Source: Reyranellaceae bacterium
GTDB taxonomy: Bacteria; Pseudomonadota; Alphaproteobacteria; Reyranellales; JAQSWP01
Assembly (NCBI GenBank): GCA_050181585.1
Contig: JBFXDA010000003.1
Coordinates: forward strand, 6,155 to 70,154
Direction: 5' to 3'
Length of the DNA: 64,000 nucleotides
Shown here: positions 33,223-45,175 of the stretch, piece after piece
Numbering within the stretch: position 1 is the stretch's first letter
Layout of the letters: each line of letters opens with the position of its first letter
Translations under genes and position numbers: made by a program
Notes under the pieces: model-generated
Told to the model about the DNA's origin: nothing
Databases searched by the model: none
The model's input: only the letters and a program-made list of their open reading frames with translations

Positions 33223-36200
33223 TCAATAGTCCCATTCGATCGTCACGCCGACCTTGCTGCGCGCGTCGGTTCCGACTTCGCTTTCGACCTTGATGTTGGG
33301 CGTGACTTCGATCTCGACCACCGCACTGCTGCTGCCCGAAGCCGCGCCCTGCTTGGCGCCGACATAGACGCCCGGCGCAATGTTGCGTCCCACTTCCAGC
33401 GACGTGCCGCCCAGCGGCGAGGAGCCTGCCGCTGTCGCGTCGGGATCGGAACTGACGCCGAGCCGGTCGAAGCCCAGCGCCTTGCGCAGGTTCTCCAGGA
33501 TGCCGCCGCCGGAGCTCGCCATGCCGGAAAGCGTTCCGATCGACGAGGCGATCTCCGCCAGTTGCAGCGGGCTGAGCTGGGCGGTGGCGCGGCCGAACAG
33601 CAGCCGCGCCATGATCTCGTCCTCCGGCAAAGGCGGGGCGGATGTCAGCTTCACCTTCGGATCCTCGGGCGTGCCGGAGATCCTGATCTCCGCCGTTCCC
33701 CCTTCGATGCGGGCGGTGGCGGTGAAGTCGATCGCCGGCTGCAGGCGGTTGGGGTCGGGAAAGCCGACCGTGCCGCGGGTGAACTCCAGCCGCCGCCCGA
33801 CGCCGGAGAAGGTGCCGCGGCGCAGGTTCAGCGCGCCCTCGATGCGCGGCTGGCTCAGCGTGCCGCTGACGGCGAAAGCGCCGCCCAGCTCGACGTCGAG
33901 GCCGCGGCCGCGCACGAACACGTTCTGCGGCGCCTCGATCCTGACCGCCAGGCGCAGCTCGGGGCCGGGCAGCCGGGCCCGCGGCGGCTTGTCGTCCGGC
34001 GCGCCGCCGGGCCGGTTGATCTCGCGCACGTCGAGGCTGGCGATTTCCGGCCCGCTGCTGACGTTGGCGCCGAGATCGAGCTCGGCGCGCTCGACCTTGG
34101 CATTGCCGTCGAGGCTGAGGCCTTCGCCCACCGAGCCGGACAGGCGCAAATTGGCGGATATGGTCGCCTGCACGTCGCGGCGGTCGAGAATGCGGGCGGA
34201 GCGGGCCACGATCGCCAGCTCCACCGGCAGGGTGAGCTGGGGATCGATCCGCATGTGGCCGTCGACGGTCACTTCGCCATGGCGCGGCCGGGCGGTGAAG
34301 TTGCGCACCTCCAGCCGGTCGCCGACCACGGCGATGGTGGCCGCGATGTCGCGGATGGCGATGCCGTTGGCGAGGTTGAAATAGCGGCCCTCGACGATAC
34401 GGATGGCGCCGTCGCCGCCGATGGCGCCGTTGCTGGCCGTCAGGGTGAGGTCGACCGCCAGATTGCCGTTCAGCCGGCCGTTGCCGCCCAGGAACGGCGT
34501 GAGCTGGGCCAGCCGGATGCCGCCCTCCAGCCGCAGCCGCCCGTTGCCGACGCCGTTGGGGCCCGGCAAGGGGCCGGAGCCGGAGAAATTCAACACGTTG
34601 TCGCGGCCGGCGCTGAAGCGGCCTTCGAAGGTCACGGTGTCGCCTTGCAGAACGGCCTTGGCGTTCAGCGCGCCGGGCGGGATGCCCGCGGTGCGGATGG
34701 TGCGCAGGCGCATGTCGCTGGCCTCGAGCGTCAGGTCGATTTTCGGCTGGGCCAGCGGGCCGGTAAGCGCGGCGGTGAAGTTGGCGACGCCGAACAGCTG
34801 CAAGTCGGGATCGAAGGCGCGCAGCAGCTGCAGCGGCAGGCCACGGCCCTGCACGTCGAGATTGCCGTTGGGGCCGAGCGTGCCGGCGACGCTAACCGAA
34901 CCGTCGCCGGCGCGCAGCACCGCCCGCTCGACGCTGACGGTCTCGCCGGCGAGGCGAATCCGCGCCGGCGACGCCAGTACTACCTGCTGGCCGGACTGGA
35001 TCGCGGTCAGGCTCTGCAGGCTGACGGTCGTTTCGCTCTCCCCGATGGCGGCGCGGCCTTGGGCGGTGGCGCGCAGGTTCTCGCCCGTGCCGTCGAGGTT
35101 AAAGGCGAAATCGGCGCGCGTGCCGCTGGCTTTCAGGGTCGCCTGGCGCAAGGGGCCGGCCAGCTTGCTGCCGCTGGCGCTGGCCGTCAGCTCGAAGGCG
35201 GCGCGCCCCAGCGGATCGGCGATTTCGCCGTCGATCTGCGCCCGGTCGAGCGCGACGCTGTCGTCGAGCCGGAAGTTGCGGGCCGCGGCGCTGACTTTTA
35301 TCTTGTTGTTTGCGACCGCCTTGAGCGTGGCATCGAGGCTGCCGGCCAGCCGCACCGGCAGGAACGGATTGAGCTGCTGCAGGTTGTCGGCCTTGATCGC
35401 CAGGTCGCCGCTGGCGCCGTCGGGACCGATGGCGAAGTCGTCGCCGGTGACGGCAATGCCGGACCAGTGCAGATCGAAATTCCGCACCGCCGCGCGCCCG
35501 TCATCGGCGAGGGCGAAATCGCCGCCGCCCTGGATGGGCGCGTCGCGCATCTGCCCGTCGACGGAGAGAGTGCCCGTGGTCTCGCCCTGGGCGCGCCTGG
35601 CGTCCAGGATCAGCGCCAGGCGCGGCACCTCGGCGACGCCGATGCGGGCCTCCGACAAGGCGCCGTCGAGGCGGGCGGTGAGCGCGTCGGCGGTCTGCCG
35701 CAGCTCGACGATGCCGGAGGAGCGGCCGGCCATTTGCGGGTCGACGGTCCGCAGGTCGTGCAGGGTCCATTCCACCTGCGCCTGGCCCTGCCGTCCGGCG
35801 CCCTGGCCCTGGGCCACCAGGCTGCCGGCCGCCGATTCGAGCTTCAGGGATTGCACCGACCACGCCTGGTCCGATCCCAGCGCGCCGCGCAGGCTGACGG
35901 CGAGCTGCGGTTGCAGCAGCGGCGCCGGAATCTGCGGCAGCTTTCCGTTCTGCAATGTCCCGTCCAGCGCGATCGCCGTCTGCTGCCGGCCGGCGCGTTC
36001 GGCCTGCAGCGACAGATCGAGACGCCCGGCGATGTCGAGGCCCACGGCGTCGGCGAAGACCGACAGATCGGCGGCGGTTGCGCGCAGCGTGCCGCTGGCG
36101 AGATTGCGCTGCGCCTCGTACTGGCCGGAACCTTCGGCGGACAGCACCGGCGAGGCCAGGTTGAAATCGTGGACGGCGATCGGCCCGTTGCGCGGCTGCG

Positions 36201-37521
36201 ACAGCGAGGCGGCGATCCGGGCCTCGGTGGTCAGGGTGCGATCGCCCGCGGCGGGCAGCACGATGCGGTTCAGCCCGGCCTGCACGATGGCGGCCCGCGT
36301 GCCGTCCGCCTCGATCCCGCCGTCGAAATCGACGGCAGCCTCGCCGAGCTTCACTTCGCCGAGCTGCGCGTTCTCGACCCTGACCGCCGCCGTGATCGAG
36401 GGCCGCACCAGCTTGCCGGCCAGCCGGCCCTCCGCGGTCAGCGATTGCCATGTCGCTTCCGGCAACGCCTTGCCGAAAGCGACGGCGGCCAGGCTGGCGG
36501 CGAAGCTCAGGTCGGCGGTATCGTCGCGGCGGTCGATGCGGCCGCTGCCGCTCAGGCGTCCCGGCGGGCCCTGCAACTGGGCTTGCCGCAGCGCGATCGC
36601 GGCGGCGTCGAAACTGCCATTGGCGGTCAGGCTCCAGTCGCCCCGCAGCGCCTCCAGCCAGGGATCGTCGCCCAGCGCGCCGATGCGTCCCGTCAACGTC
36701 AGCGTCGTCTCGGTCGCCGCCGCGCGCCGTTCGGCCCGCACCTGGCCGTCGACCCGCAGCATGTCGCCGGCATCGATCGTCAACGTGCCGTTGAGGCCGT
36801 CGAGCGGTCCGGAGATATCCGCCAGCATTTCGACGCCGGTCCGGGCCTCGACCTGCGAATAGCGGTTGATGGTGGCGGCACTTTCGCGCGCCGTCAGCTT
36901 GATCTCCAGGTGCTGCCGCGCCCCCTGGTAGCGGCCGTGCAGGTCGACCAGCCCCTCGCCGCCGTCGCTGCGCTCGGCCTTCAGGGTCAGCCAGTTGTCT
37001 TCCTGCAGCCCGGCGACCCGCGCCGCGCCCTGCAGCCGCCATTGCGCCCGCTCGCCGGCGATCTCCGCGCCCAGCGTCAGTTCGTCGACGCGCACCGCCT
37101 CGATATCGATCCGGCGCGGCAGGCCCGAACCGGCGCCGTCGTCCGCGGACCGGCTGGTCCCGTCGTCGACGGGCTGCCGCACGATCTCGACCGCAGCTGC
37201 ATGCAGGCGCTCGACTTTCAGCCGGCTGCCTAAAAGGGCCAGCGGCGACCAGTCCAGCGTCAGCGAGCTGGCGCTGAGCCAGACGCCTTTGGCGTCGGCG
37301 ATCTCCAGCCGCCCGACGCCGATATCGAACGGAACGAAGCCGGTCAGCCCCTCGATGCGGATTTGCTGCTGCGGCGAACCGGCCAGGTCTTCGATCAGGC
37401 CGGCCAGCAGGCGCTTGCCGGGCGGGGTCTGGGCCAGGCCGAGGACCAGCAGCAGCGCCACGATCGGAACGCCGAGGATAGCGGTGGCGATCGCCACTAT
37501 GCGACGCTGGTTCGACTTCAC
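33223..37521 (-). CDS. tamB: Translocation and assembly module inner-membrane protein TamB (DUF490), 1432 aa
   Basis: A GTG at 37521 within track ORF 33223..39771 gives (M)KSNQRRIVAIATAILGVPIVALLLVLGL, an N-terminal anchor. A long beta-rich repetitive body follows, and the C-terminus matches DUF490. There is a 1-nt overlap with the tamA stop. The upstream 750 codons of the track ORF are an out-of-frame overlap on tamA. Confidence 0.9.
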   Translation of the reverse strand: MKSNQRRIVAIATAILGVPIVALLLVLGLAQTPPGKRLLAGLIEDLAGSPQQQIRIEGLTGFVPFDIGVGRLEIADAKGVWLSASSLTLDWSPLALLGSRLKVERLHAAAVEIVRQPVDDGTSRSADDGAGSGLPRRIDIEAVRVDELTLGAEIAGERAQWRLQGAARVAGLQEDNWLTLKAERSDGGEGLVDLHGRYQGARQHLEIKLTARESAATINRYSQVEARTGVEMLADISGPLDGLNGTLTIDAGDMLRVDGQVRAERRAAATETTLTLTGRIGALGDDPWLEALRGDWSLTANGSFDAAAIALRQAQLQGPPGRLSGSGRIDRRDDTADLSFAASLAAVAFGKALPEATWQSLTAEGRLAGKLVRPSITAAVRVENAQLGEVKLGEAAVDFDGGIEADGTRAAIVQAGLNRIVLPAAGDRTLTTEARIAASLSQPRNGPIAVHDFNLASPVLSAEGSGQYEAQRNLASGTLRATAADLSVFADAVGLDIAGRLDLSLQAERAGRQQTAIALDGTLQNGKLPQIPAPLLQPQLAVSLRGALGSDQAWSVQSLKLESAAGSLVAQGQGAGRQGQAQVEWTLHDLRTVDPQMAGRSSGIVELRQTADALTARLDGALSEARIGVAEVPRLALILDARRAQGETTGTLSVDGQMRDAPIQGGGDFALADDGRAAVRNFDLHWSGIAVTGDDFAIGPDGASGDLAIKADNLQQLNPFLPVRLAGSLDATLKAVANNKIKVSAAARNFRLDDSVALDRAQIDGEIADPLGRAAFELTASASGSKLAGPLRQATLKASGTRADFAFNLDGTGENLRATAQGRAAIGESETTVSLQSLTAIQSGQQVVLASPARIRLAGETVSVERAVLRAGDGSVSVAGTLGPNGNLDVQGRGLPLQLLRAFDPDLQLFGVANFTAALTGPLAQPKIDLTLEASDMRLRTIRTAGIPPGALNAKAVLQGDTVTFEGRFSAGRDNVLNFSGSGPLPGPNGVGNGRLRLEGGIRLAQLTPFLGGNGRLNGNLAVDLTLTASNGAIGGDGAIRIVEGRYFNLANGIAIRDIAATIAVVGDRLEVRNFTARPRHGEVTVDGHMRIDPQLTLPVELAIVARSARILDRRDVQATISANLRLSGSVGEGLSLDGNAKVERAELDLGANVSSGPEIASLDVREINRPGGAPDDKPPRARLPGPELRLAVRIEAPQNVFVRGRGLDVELGGAFAVSGTLSQPRIEGALNLRRGTFSGVGRRLEFTRGTVGFPDPNRLQPAIDFTATARIEGGTAEIRISGTPEDPKVKLTSAPPLPEDEIMARLLFGRATAQLSPLQLAEIASSIGTLSGMASSGGGILENLRKALGFDRLGVSSDPDATAAGSSPLGGTSLEVGRNIAPGVYVGAKQGAASGSSSAVVEIEVTPNIKVESEVGTDARSKVGVTIEWDY

Positions 37522-39407
37522 TAGAAGGCCTGTCCAAGGCTTACGTACAGACCGAAATAATCGTCCCCCTTGCGCCGGTTCAGCGGCACCGCGACATCCA
37601 GGCGCAGCGGTCCGAAATCGGTGTAGTAGCGCGCGCCGAGGCCGGCGGCGTATTGCAGGCCCTGCTGTGGCTTGGGCGTCGAGGTTTCCCACACGTTGCC
37701 GGCGTCGACGAACGCGACCATGCCGAAGCGGCCGGAGATGCGCTGGCGCAGCTCGGCGCTGAGCTCGATCGAGCTGCGCCCGCCCAGGGGGTCGTTGCCG
37801 TCGCGCGGGCCCAGGCTCTGATATTCGTAGCCGCGCACCGAACCGCCGCCGCCGGCATAGATGCGCCGGTCGAACGGCACCAGCGAGTTGCCCAGATCGA
37901 GCAGCGAGGCGATGCCGGCGCGCCCGGCCAGCACCGTGGTCTTGTCGGAGGAAAGGTCGAGATAGGCGGTGCCGGTCAGCCGGCCGACGATGAAACGCGA
38001 CTGGGTGTCGAGCACGTCGACGAAGGGCGTCAGCGCGGCGGTCAGCCGGAAGCCTTCGGTGGGATTGAGCAGATCGTTGCTGCGGTCGAGCGCCAGCGTC
38101 AGCGGCAGGCCCACCAGCGTGAAGCGCTCCCGGTTGTCGTCGCGGGTCTGGATCGACTGCTCGACCAGAATGCCGGCGGTGCCCTTCAGCCCCTCGCCGA
38201 AGGTCCGCTCCAGCCCCACGCCGGCGCCGATGGCCTGCTTGGTATAGGCGTCCAGGATCTTGCGTTCGGCATAGAGGTCGGCCGTCAGGTCCTGGTCCAG
38301 ACGCTGGAAATCGGGTTCGCGATACTTGGCGTAGAGCCCGAAGCTGGGCTCGGTGAGCTTGTTGTGCAGCAGGCCGCCCACTTCGGCCGACAGCCGCAGC
38401 GATTCGGCGCCGCCGAACAGGTTGCGGTGCTGCCAGTAAGCGGTGGCGCCGAACCCCTCGGACGTGGCGTAGGAAGCGCCCAGGCCGATGGTGCGCGGCG
38501 CCCGTTCGACCACTTCGACGGCGATCGGCAGGCGGTTCTGCGCGTCGAGCTGCGGCGCGTCGACGGTCTTCACGGTGCTGAAGATGCCGAGCGCCTGCAG
38601 GGCGTCGCGCATTTCGTCGACGCGAGCCGGCGTGTACTGCTCGCCGGGCCGGAAAGGCACGTATTTGCGCAGGAAGTCCTCGCGCGTGCGCTCCAGGCCC
38701 TTGAATTCGACGGTTCCGAACTGCGCCACCGGTCCGGGCAAGACTTTCCACGTCACCGTCATGCTCCGATCGGCGTGATCGACGACGGCTTCGCGGTTGT
38801 CGATCCGGGCATAGGGATGGCCGTGCTCGCGCAACTGGCGCACGATCTGCTCGTCGGCGGCGATCACCTTGGCGGAATCGGCGATGGAGCCGCCTTCCAC
38901 TTCCAACTGCTCGCGCGGCACCAGGGTTTGCGGCACCTCCTGCCCGTCTTCGGCACGCAGGATGACCGGCGGCTTGAACTTGTACCGGGGGCCGACCTCC
39001 ACGTCGAACCGCACCTCGATGCGATCGCCGCGATCGATGGTCTCGAGCTGCTCGAACAGGGCGGGATCGTCGAGGCGATAGCCGGCGAAGCGCGATTCGA
39101 TGGTGCTGGCGTAGTAGCCTTCCGATCGCAGGGCGCGGGTCAGCTCCCTTTCCTGCAACTGCGCGCGCTGCAGCACGGTAACCGGTTCTGGCGGGCGGCG
39201 GCGCGCCTCCGGCGTGTTGGCGTCCAGCACCGCCTGCAGGAATTTCTCCATTCTTTCGTTGCCCTTGACGACCAACTGCGTATCGACAACGCGCCGGTCG
39301 CTGTCGTTCTCCTGGGCGGAGGCGGTCAGGGAAAAAAAGGCAGGAAGGACCGACAGCAGAACCGTCAGCGCAACCCTCAGCGGCAGTTGACGGTGTTGCA
39401 TGTCCAT
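37521..39407 (-). CDS. tamA: Outer-membrane Omp85-family protein TamA, 628 aa
   Basis: ORF track 37521..39407. The signal peptide ends in SLTASAQE. A POTRA-like N-terminal region is followed by a barrel ending in the C-terminal aromatic signature LYVSLGQAF. Confidence 0.9.
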   Translation of the reverse strand: MDMQHRQLPLRVALTVLLSVLPAFFSLTASAQENDSDRRVVDTQLVVKGNERMEKFLQAVLDANTPEARRRPPEPVTVLQRAQLQERELTRALRSEGYYASTIESRFAGYRLDDPALFEQLETIDRGDRIEVRFDVEVGPRYKFKPPVILRAEDGQEVPQTLVPREQLEVEGGSIADSAKVIAADEQIVRQLREHGHPYARIDNREAVVDHADRSMTVTWKVLPGPVAQFGTVEFKGLERTREDFLRKYVPFRPGEQYTPARVDEMRDALQALGIFSTVKTVDAPQLDAQNRLPIAVEVVERAPRTIGLGASYATSEGFGATAYWQHRNLFGGAESLRLSAEVGGLLHNKLTEPSFGLYAKYREPDFQRLDQDLTADLYAERKILDAYTKQAIGAGVGLERTFGEGLKGTAGILVEQSIQTRDDNRERFTLVGLPLTLALDRSNDLLNPTEGFRLTAALTPFVDVLDTQSRFIVGRLTGTAYLDLSSDKTTVLAGRAGIASLLDLGNSLVPFDRRIYAGGGGSVRGYEYQSLGPRDGNDPLGGRSSIELSAELRQRISGRFGMVAFVDAGNVWETSTPKPQQGLQYAAGLGARYYTDFGPLRLDVAVPLNRRKGDDYFGLYVSLGQAF

Positions 39408-39634
39408 CCGCTAGCGCCAATACAAGCATAGAGTAAGGCGATCCCGGGGTTTCGCCCCCGCAAATCGCACCGGCCGGCTCCGTTTGCCAAGGAAAGCCCG
39501 TTCCGCCAAGGCCCAACGTAAAGTCCACCGCGGGGTTCCTGCAAGCGTCGGATTTTCCTTGGGTTTTCGCCCCGCACCGAGGGGTTGAGCGCAGCCCGTC
39601 GGGCTGTAGTATCGGGCCAAAGGGGAGGACAGAC

Positions 39635-41309
<1,675 letters not shown>

Positions 41310-41317
<8 letters not shown>

Positions 41318-41936
41318 GCGGGGTGCGGATGCCGTCCTGCTGGTGGTCGACGTGCAGAACGATTTCTGCCCCGGCGGGGCGCTGGCGGTGGCCGAGGGCG
41401 ATCTCGTGGTGCCGGTGGCCAACCGGCTGATCGGGCGCTTCGCGCATGTGATCCTGACCCAGGACTGGCATCCGGCCGATCACCGCTCTTTCGCCTCCAC
41501 CCATGACGGCCGGCAGCCCTTCGACAGCGTCGCGTTCCCCTACGGGCCGCAGACGCTGTGGCCCGACCACTGCGTGCAGGGTACGGCGGGGGCGGCGTTC
41601 CATCCCGGGCTCGAGGCCGCCAAGGCCGAGCTGGTGGTCCGCAAGGGCTTCCGGCGCGACATCGATTCCTATTCCGCTTTCGCCGAGAACGACCGACGCA
41701 CCCGCACCGGACTGGCCGGCTATCTGCGCGAGCGCGGCCTGACGCGGCTGTTCCTGTGCGGGCTGGCGACCGATTTCTGCGTCGCCTATTCGGCCCTGGA
41801 CGGGCGGGCCGAGGGCTTCGACGTCACCGTGATCGAGGACGGCTGCCGCGCCATCGATCTGGACGGCAGCCTCGCTTCCGCCTGGAGCCGGATGGCGCAA
41901 GCCGGCGTCAAGCGCGTGCTGTCGACTGCAATCTGA
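41310..41936 (+). CDS. pncA: Nicotinamidase/pyrazinamidase (isochorismatase family), 208 aa
   Basis: ORF track 41310..41936. [16 protein letters not shown] and [10 protein letters not shown] provide the catalytic Cys context. There is an 8-nt overlap with the upstream gene. Confidence 0.85.
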
Positions 41937-42069
41937 TCTTGTCTAAAATATAGGCAAGAAATCAGCTAAGACGCCGATATTTGATCGTTTGATCACATTT
42001 TAATCAGTTTTGTGACGCTACGTCTGCCGATCCGGCCTGAAGCCCGTACCAGATAGGCCCTCCGATCCT

Positions 42070-42084
42070 TGGCACGGGATTTGC
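42070..42084 (+). promoter_or_regulatory. Sigma-54 (-24/-12) promoter upstream of urtA
   Basis: TGGCACgggatTTGC matches the TGGCAC-N5-TTGC consensus with correct GG/GC spacing. It lies about 100 nt upstream of the urtA ATG. An AT-rich tract containing TGATC-gttt-GATCA lies upstream of it. Confidence 0.75.
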
Positions 42085-42182
42085 GGAGAAGCTTTCGCGG
42101 GTGCGAGATGGCGGGGGACGCCGCGCGCATCCGTGCCAGGTCGCGGCTGTGCGGCCATCCACTTCGCGGGGATGGGATCTAA

Positions 42183-43478
42183 ATGACGAAACTCTGGAAG
42201 AATATCGCTGTCGGCGCCGCGATGAGCGCGGCGGTGGCGATTTCCGGCGCCGCTCCGGCGCTGGCGCAGGAAACGATCAAGGTCGGCGTGCTGCATTCGC
42301 TCTCCGGCACCATGGCCATCAGCGAGACGACCCTGAAGGACGTCATGCTGATGCTGATCGAGGAGCAGAACAAGAAGGGCGGCCTCTTGGGCAAGAAGCT
42401 CGAGGCGGTGGTGGTCGATCCGGCCTCCAACTGGCCGCTGTTCGCCGAGAAGGCGCGCGAGCTGATCTCGGTGCAGAAGGTGGCCGCCACCTTCGGCTGC
42501 TGGACCTCGGTGTCGCGCAAGTCGGTGCTGCCGGTGTTCGAGGAACTGAACTCGATCCTGTTCTATCCCGTGCAGTACGAGGGCGAGGAAAGCTCGAAGA
42601 ACATCTTCTACACCGGCGCCGCGCCCAACCAGCAGGCGATCCCGGCGGTCGACTACCTGATGAAGGAAGAGAAGGTGCAGCGCTGGGTTCTGGCCGGCAC
42701 CGACTACGTCTATCCGCGCACCACCAACAAGATCCTCGAGGCCTACCTGAAGCTGAAGGGCGTCAAGGCCGAGGACATCATGATCAACTACACGCCGTTC
42801 GGCCATTCCGACTGGCAGACGATCGTGGCCAACGTCAAGAAGTTCGGCTCGGCCGGCAAGAAGACGGCGGTGGTCTCGACCATCAACGGCGACGCCAACG
42901 TGCCGTTCTACAAGGAGCTGGCCAACCAGGGCATCAAGGCCACCGACATCCCCGTCGTCGCCTTCTCGGTCGGCGAGGAGGAGCTGGCCGGCATCGACAC
43001 CGCGCCGCTGGTCGGGCATCTGGCGGCCTGGAACTACTTCCAGTCGGTGAAGAACCCGGACAACGACGCCTTCATCGCCAAGTGGAAGGCCTTCACCAAG
43101 AACCCGAAGCGCGTCACCAACGATCCGATGGAAGCGCACGTGATCGGCTTCAACATGTGGGTCAAGGCGGTCGAGAAGGCCGGCACCACCGATCCGTCGG
43201 CGGTGATCGACGCCATCATCGGCGTGTCGGTGCCCAACCTGTCGGGCGGCTATTCGACCATGATGCCGAACCACCACATCACCAAGCCGGTGCTGATCGG
43301 CGAGGTGAAGGCGGACGGCCAGTTCGAGACCGTGTGGCAGACCTCCGGCCTGGTGGTGGGCGACGAGTGGTCCGACTATCTCGACGGCTCGAAGGACCTG
43401 ATCGCCGACTGGCGCGCGCCGATGTCGTGCGGCAACTTCAACGTCAAGACCGGCAAGTGCGGCGGCGCCGGCAAGTAA
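42183..43478 (+). CDS. urtA: Urea ABC transporter substrate-binding protein UrtA, 431 aa
   Basis: ORF track 42183..43478. It has a signal peptide followed by QETIKVGVLHSLSGTMAISE, which is typical of UrtA. It is followed by urtBCDE and the urease genes. Confidence 0.92.
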   Translation: MTKLWKNIAVGAAMSAAVAISGAAPALAQETIKVGVLHSLSGTMAISETTLKDVMLMLIEEQNKKGGLLGKKLEAVVVDPASNWPLFAEKARELISVQKVAATFGCWTSVSRKSVLPVFEELNSILFYPVQYEGEESSKNIFYTGAAPNQQAIPAVDYLMKEEKVQRWVLAGTDYVYPRTTNKILEAYLKLKGVKAEDIMINYTPFGHSDWQTIVANVKKFGSAGKKTAVVSTINGDANVPFYKELANQGIKATDIPVVAFSVGEEELAGIDTAPLVGHLAAWNYFQSVKNPDNDAFIAKWKAFTKNPKRVTNDPMEAHVIGFNMWVKAVEKAGTTDPSAVIDAIIGVSVPNLSGGYSTMMPNHHITKPVLIGEVKADGQFETVWQTSGLVVGDEWSDYLDGSKDLIADWRAPMSCGNFNVKTGKCGGAGK

Positions 43479-43506
43479 GTCCGGCCTCCTGATCCGCACG
43501 CAAATC

Positions 43507-43536
43507 GCGGCCGGGAGAAATCTTTCTCCCGGCCGC
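43507..43536 (+). terminator. Perfect 14-bp stem-loop between urtA and urtB (intra-operon attenuator or mRNA-stabilising hairpin)
   Basis: GCGGCCGGGAGAAA-tc-TTTCTCCCGGCCGC. There is no U-tract after it, so it is more likely a partial terminator or processing barrier than a full terminator. Confidence 0.5.
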
Positions 43537-43552
43537 ATCTCCCTAACCAACA

Positions 43553-45175
43553 ATGAAGCACGGGTGGCGCATGAAGGGGATGTTGCGCGCGTTGGCGTGG
43601 GTCTGCTGCCTGGCGGGCATCGGCCTGCTGGGCGCGGCGATCGCCACTTCCGCCCGCGCCCAGTCCGTCGAGACGGCGCTGCCCTTGCTGGCTTCCTCGT
43701 CCTACGCCGACATCGAGAAGGGCATCGAGGCGCTGGCCGGCTCCGGCCACGCCAATGCCGCCGCCCTGCTGCAGGCGATGGCCGACGGCAAGCTCCTGGT
43801 TGGCCCGGGCAAGGCGGTGATCCAGTCCGCCGACGGCAAGTTCGCCGATGCGCTGAGCGGCCAGGCGGTCGCCAACGCGCAGGGGCTGGCGGCGCCGCGC
43901 GTCAACAACCGCATCCGCCGCGCCATCGACGCCGCGCTGGGCACGCTCACCATCATGTCGCCCGATCCGGCCAGGAGGCTGGAAGCGGCGGCCTCGGTGT
44001 TCAAGACGCGCGATCTGGCGGCGCGGCCGCTGATCGAGACGGCGCTGGCCAAGGAGACCGACTCCCGCGTGCGCCGCGCCTTCGAGCAGGCGCGGGCGGC
44101 GCTGATCCTGGCCGACAAGTCGCCCGACAGCGACAAGCTGGCCGCCATCGCCATCCTGGCCGAGCGCGGCGACCAGGACGCGCGCGCCATCCTGGCCGCC
44201 GTCGGCGACGGCAGCCCGCAGGTGGTGGCCGCCGCCAGATCGGCGGTCGAGCGCATCGAATCGCGGCTGGCGATCTGGAACGGGGTGCAGAGCGTCTATT
44301 ACGGCATCTCGCTGGGCTCGGTGCTGCTGCTGGCCGCCATCGGGCTGGCCATCACCTTCGGCGTCATGGGCGTCATCAACATGGCGCATGGCGAGATGGT
44401 GATGCTGGGCGCCTACACCACCTTCGCCGTGCAGGAGATCATCCGCACCTCCGCCCCCGGCCTGTTCGACTGGTCGCTGGCCATCGCCCTGCCGCTGGCT
44501 TTCCTGGTGTCCGGCGCGGTCGGCATGGCGATCGAACGCGGCATCATCCGCTTCCTCTACGGCCGGCCGCTGGAAACCCTGCTGGCGACCTTCGGCCTGT
44601 CGCTGGTGCTGCAGCAGGCGGTGCGCACCATTTTCGGCGCCAACAACCGCGAAGTCGGCAACCCGTCCTGGATGTCGGGCGCCTTCGAGCTGGGCGGGCT
44701 GACGCTGACCTACAACCGCATGTGGATCATCGTCTTCGCCTTCGCCGTGCTGGCCGCCCTGATGGTGGTGCTGCGGCGCACCGCCTTCGGCCTGCAGATG
44801 CGGGCGGTGACGCAGAACCGGCGCATGGCCGCCTCGATGGGCATCCGCACCTCCTGGGTCGACTGCCTGACCTTCGGGCTGGGCTCGGGCATTGCCGGCA
44901 TCGCCGGAGTGGCGCTGAGCCAGATCGACAATGTCAGCCCCAATCTGGGCCAGGGCTACATCATCGACAGCTTCATGGTGGTCGTGTTCGGCGGCGTCGG
45001 CAATCTGTGGGGCACCTTGGTCGGCGCGCTGTCGCTGGGGATCGCCAACAAGCTGCTGGAGCCGGTGGCGGGCGCGGTGCTGGGCAAGATCATCGTGCTG
45101 GTGCTGATCGTGCTGTTCATCCAGCGCAAGCCGCGCGGGCTGTTCCCGCTCAAGGGCCGGGCGGTCGAAACATGA
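43553..45175 (+). CDS. urtB: Urea ABC transporter permease UrtB with a long N-terminal periplasmic extension, 540 aa
   Basis: ORF track 43553..45175. The C-terminal LivH-like core contains INMAHGEMVMLGAY. The N-terminal region of about 240 aa is Ala-rich and looks helical-repeat-like. Confidence 0.9.
   Translation: MKHGWRMKGMLRALAWVCCLAGIGLLGAAIATSARAQSVETALPLLASSSYADIEKGIEALAGSGHANAAALLQAMADGKLLVGPGKAVIQSADGKFADALSGQAVANAQGLAAPRVNNRIRRAIDAALGTLTIMSPDPARRLEAAASVFKTRDLAARPLIETALAKETDSRVRRAFEQARAALILADKSPDSDKLAAIAILAERGDQDARAILAAVGDGSPQVVAAARSAVERIESRLAIWNGVQSVYYGISLGSVLLLAAIGLAITFGVMGVINMAHGEMVMLGAYTTFAVQEIIRTSAPGLFDWSLAIALPLAFLVSGAVGMAIERGIIRFLYGRPLETLLATFGLSLVLQQAVRTIFGANNREVGNPSWMSGAFELGGLTLTYNRMWIIVFAFAVLAALMVVLRRTAFGLQMRAVTQNRRMAASMGIRTSWVDCLTFGLGSGIAGIAGVALSQIDNVSPNLGQGYIIDSFMVVVFGGVGNLWGTLVGALSLGIANKLLEPVAGAVLGKIIVLVLIVLFIQRKPRGLFPLKGRAVET

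Noticed and set aside
33562-37233. 1223-aa plus-strand ORF, with companions 34403..36862 (plus) and 35501..37537 (minus), inside tamB.
   Set aside because: These are antisense or out-of-frame readings of the repetitive, GC-rich tamB gene. Their composition is Arg/Ala/Gly-dominated, unlike real proteins.
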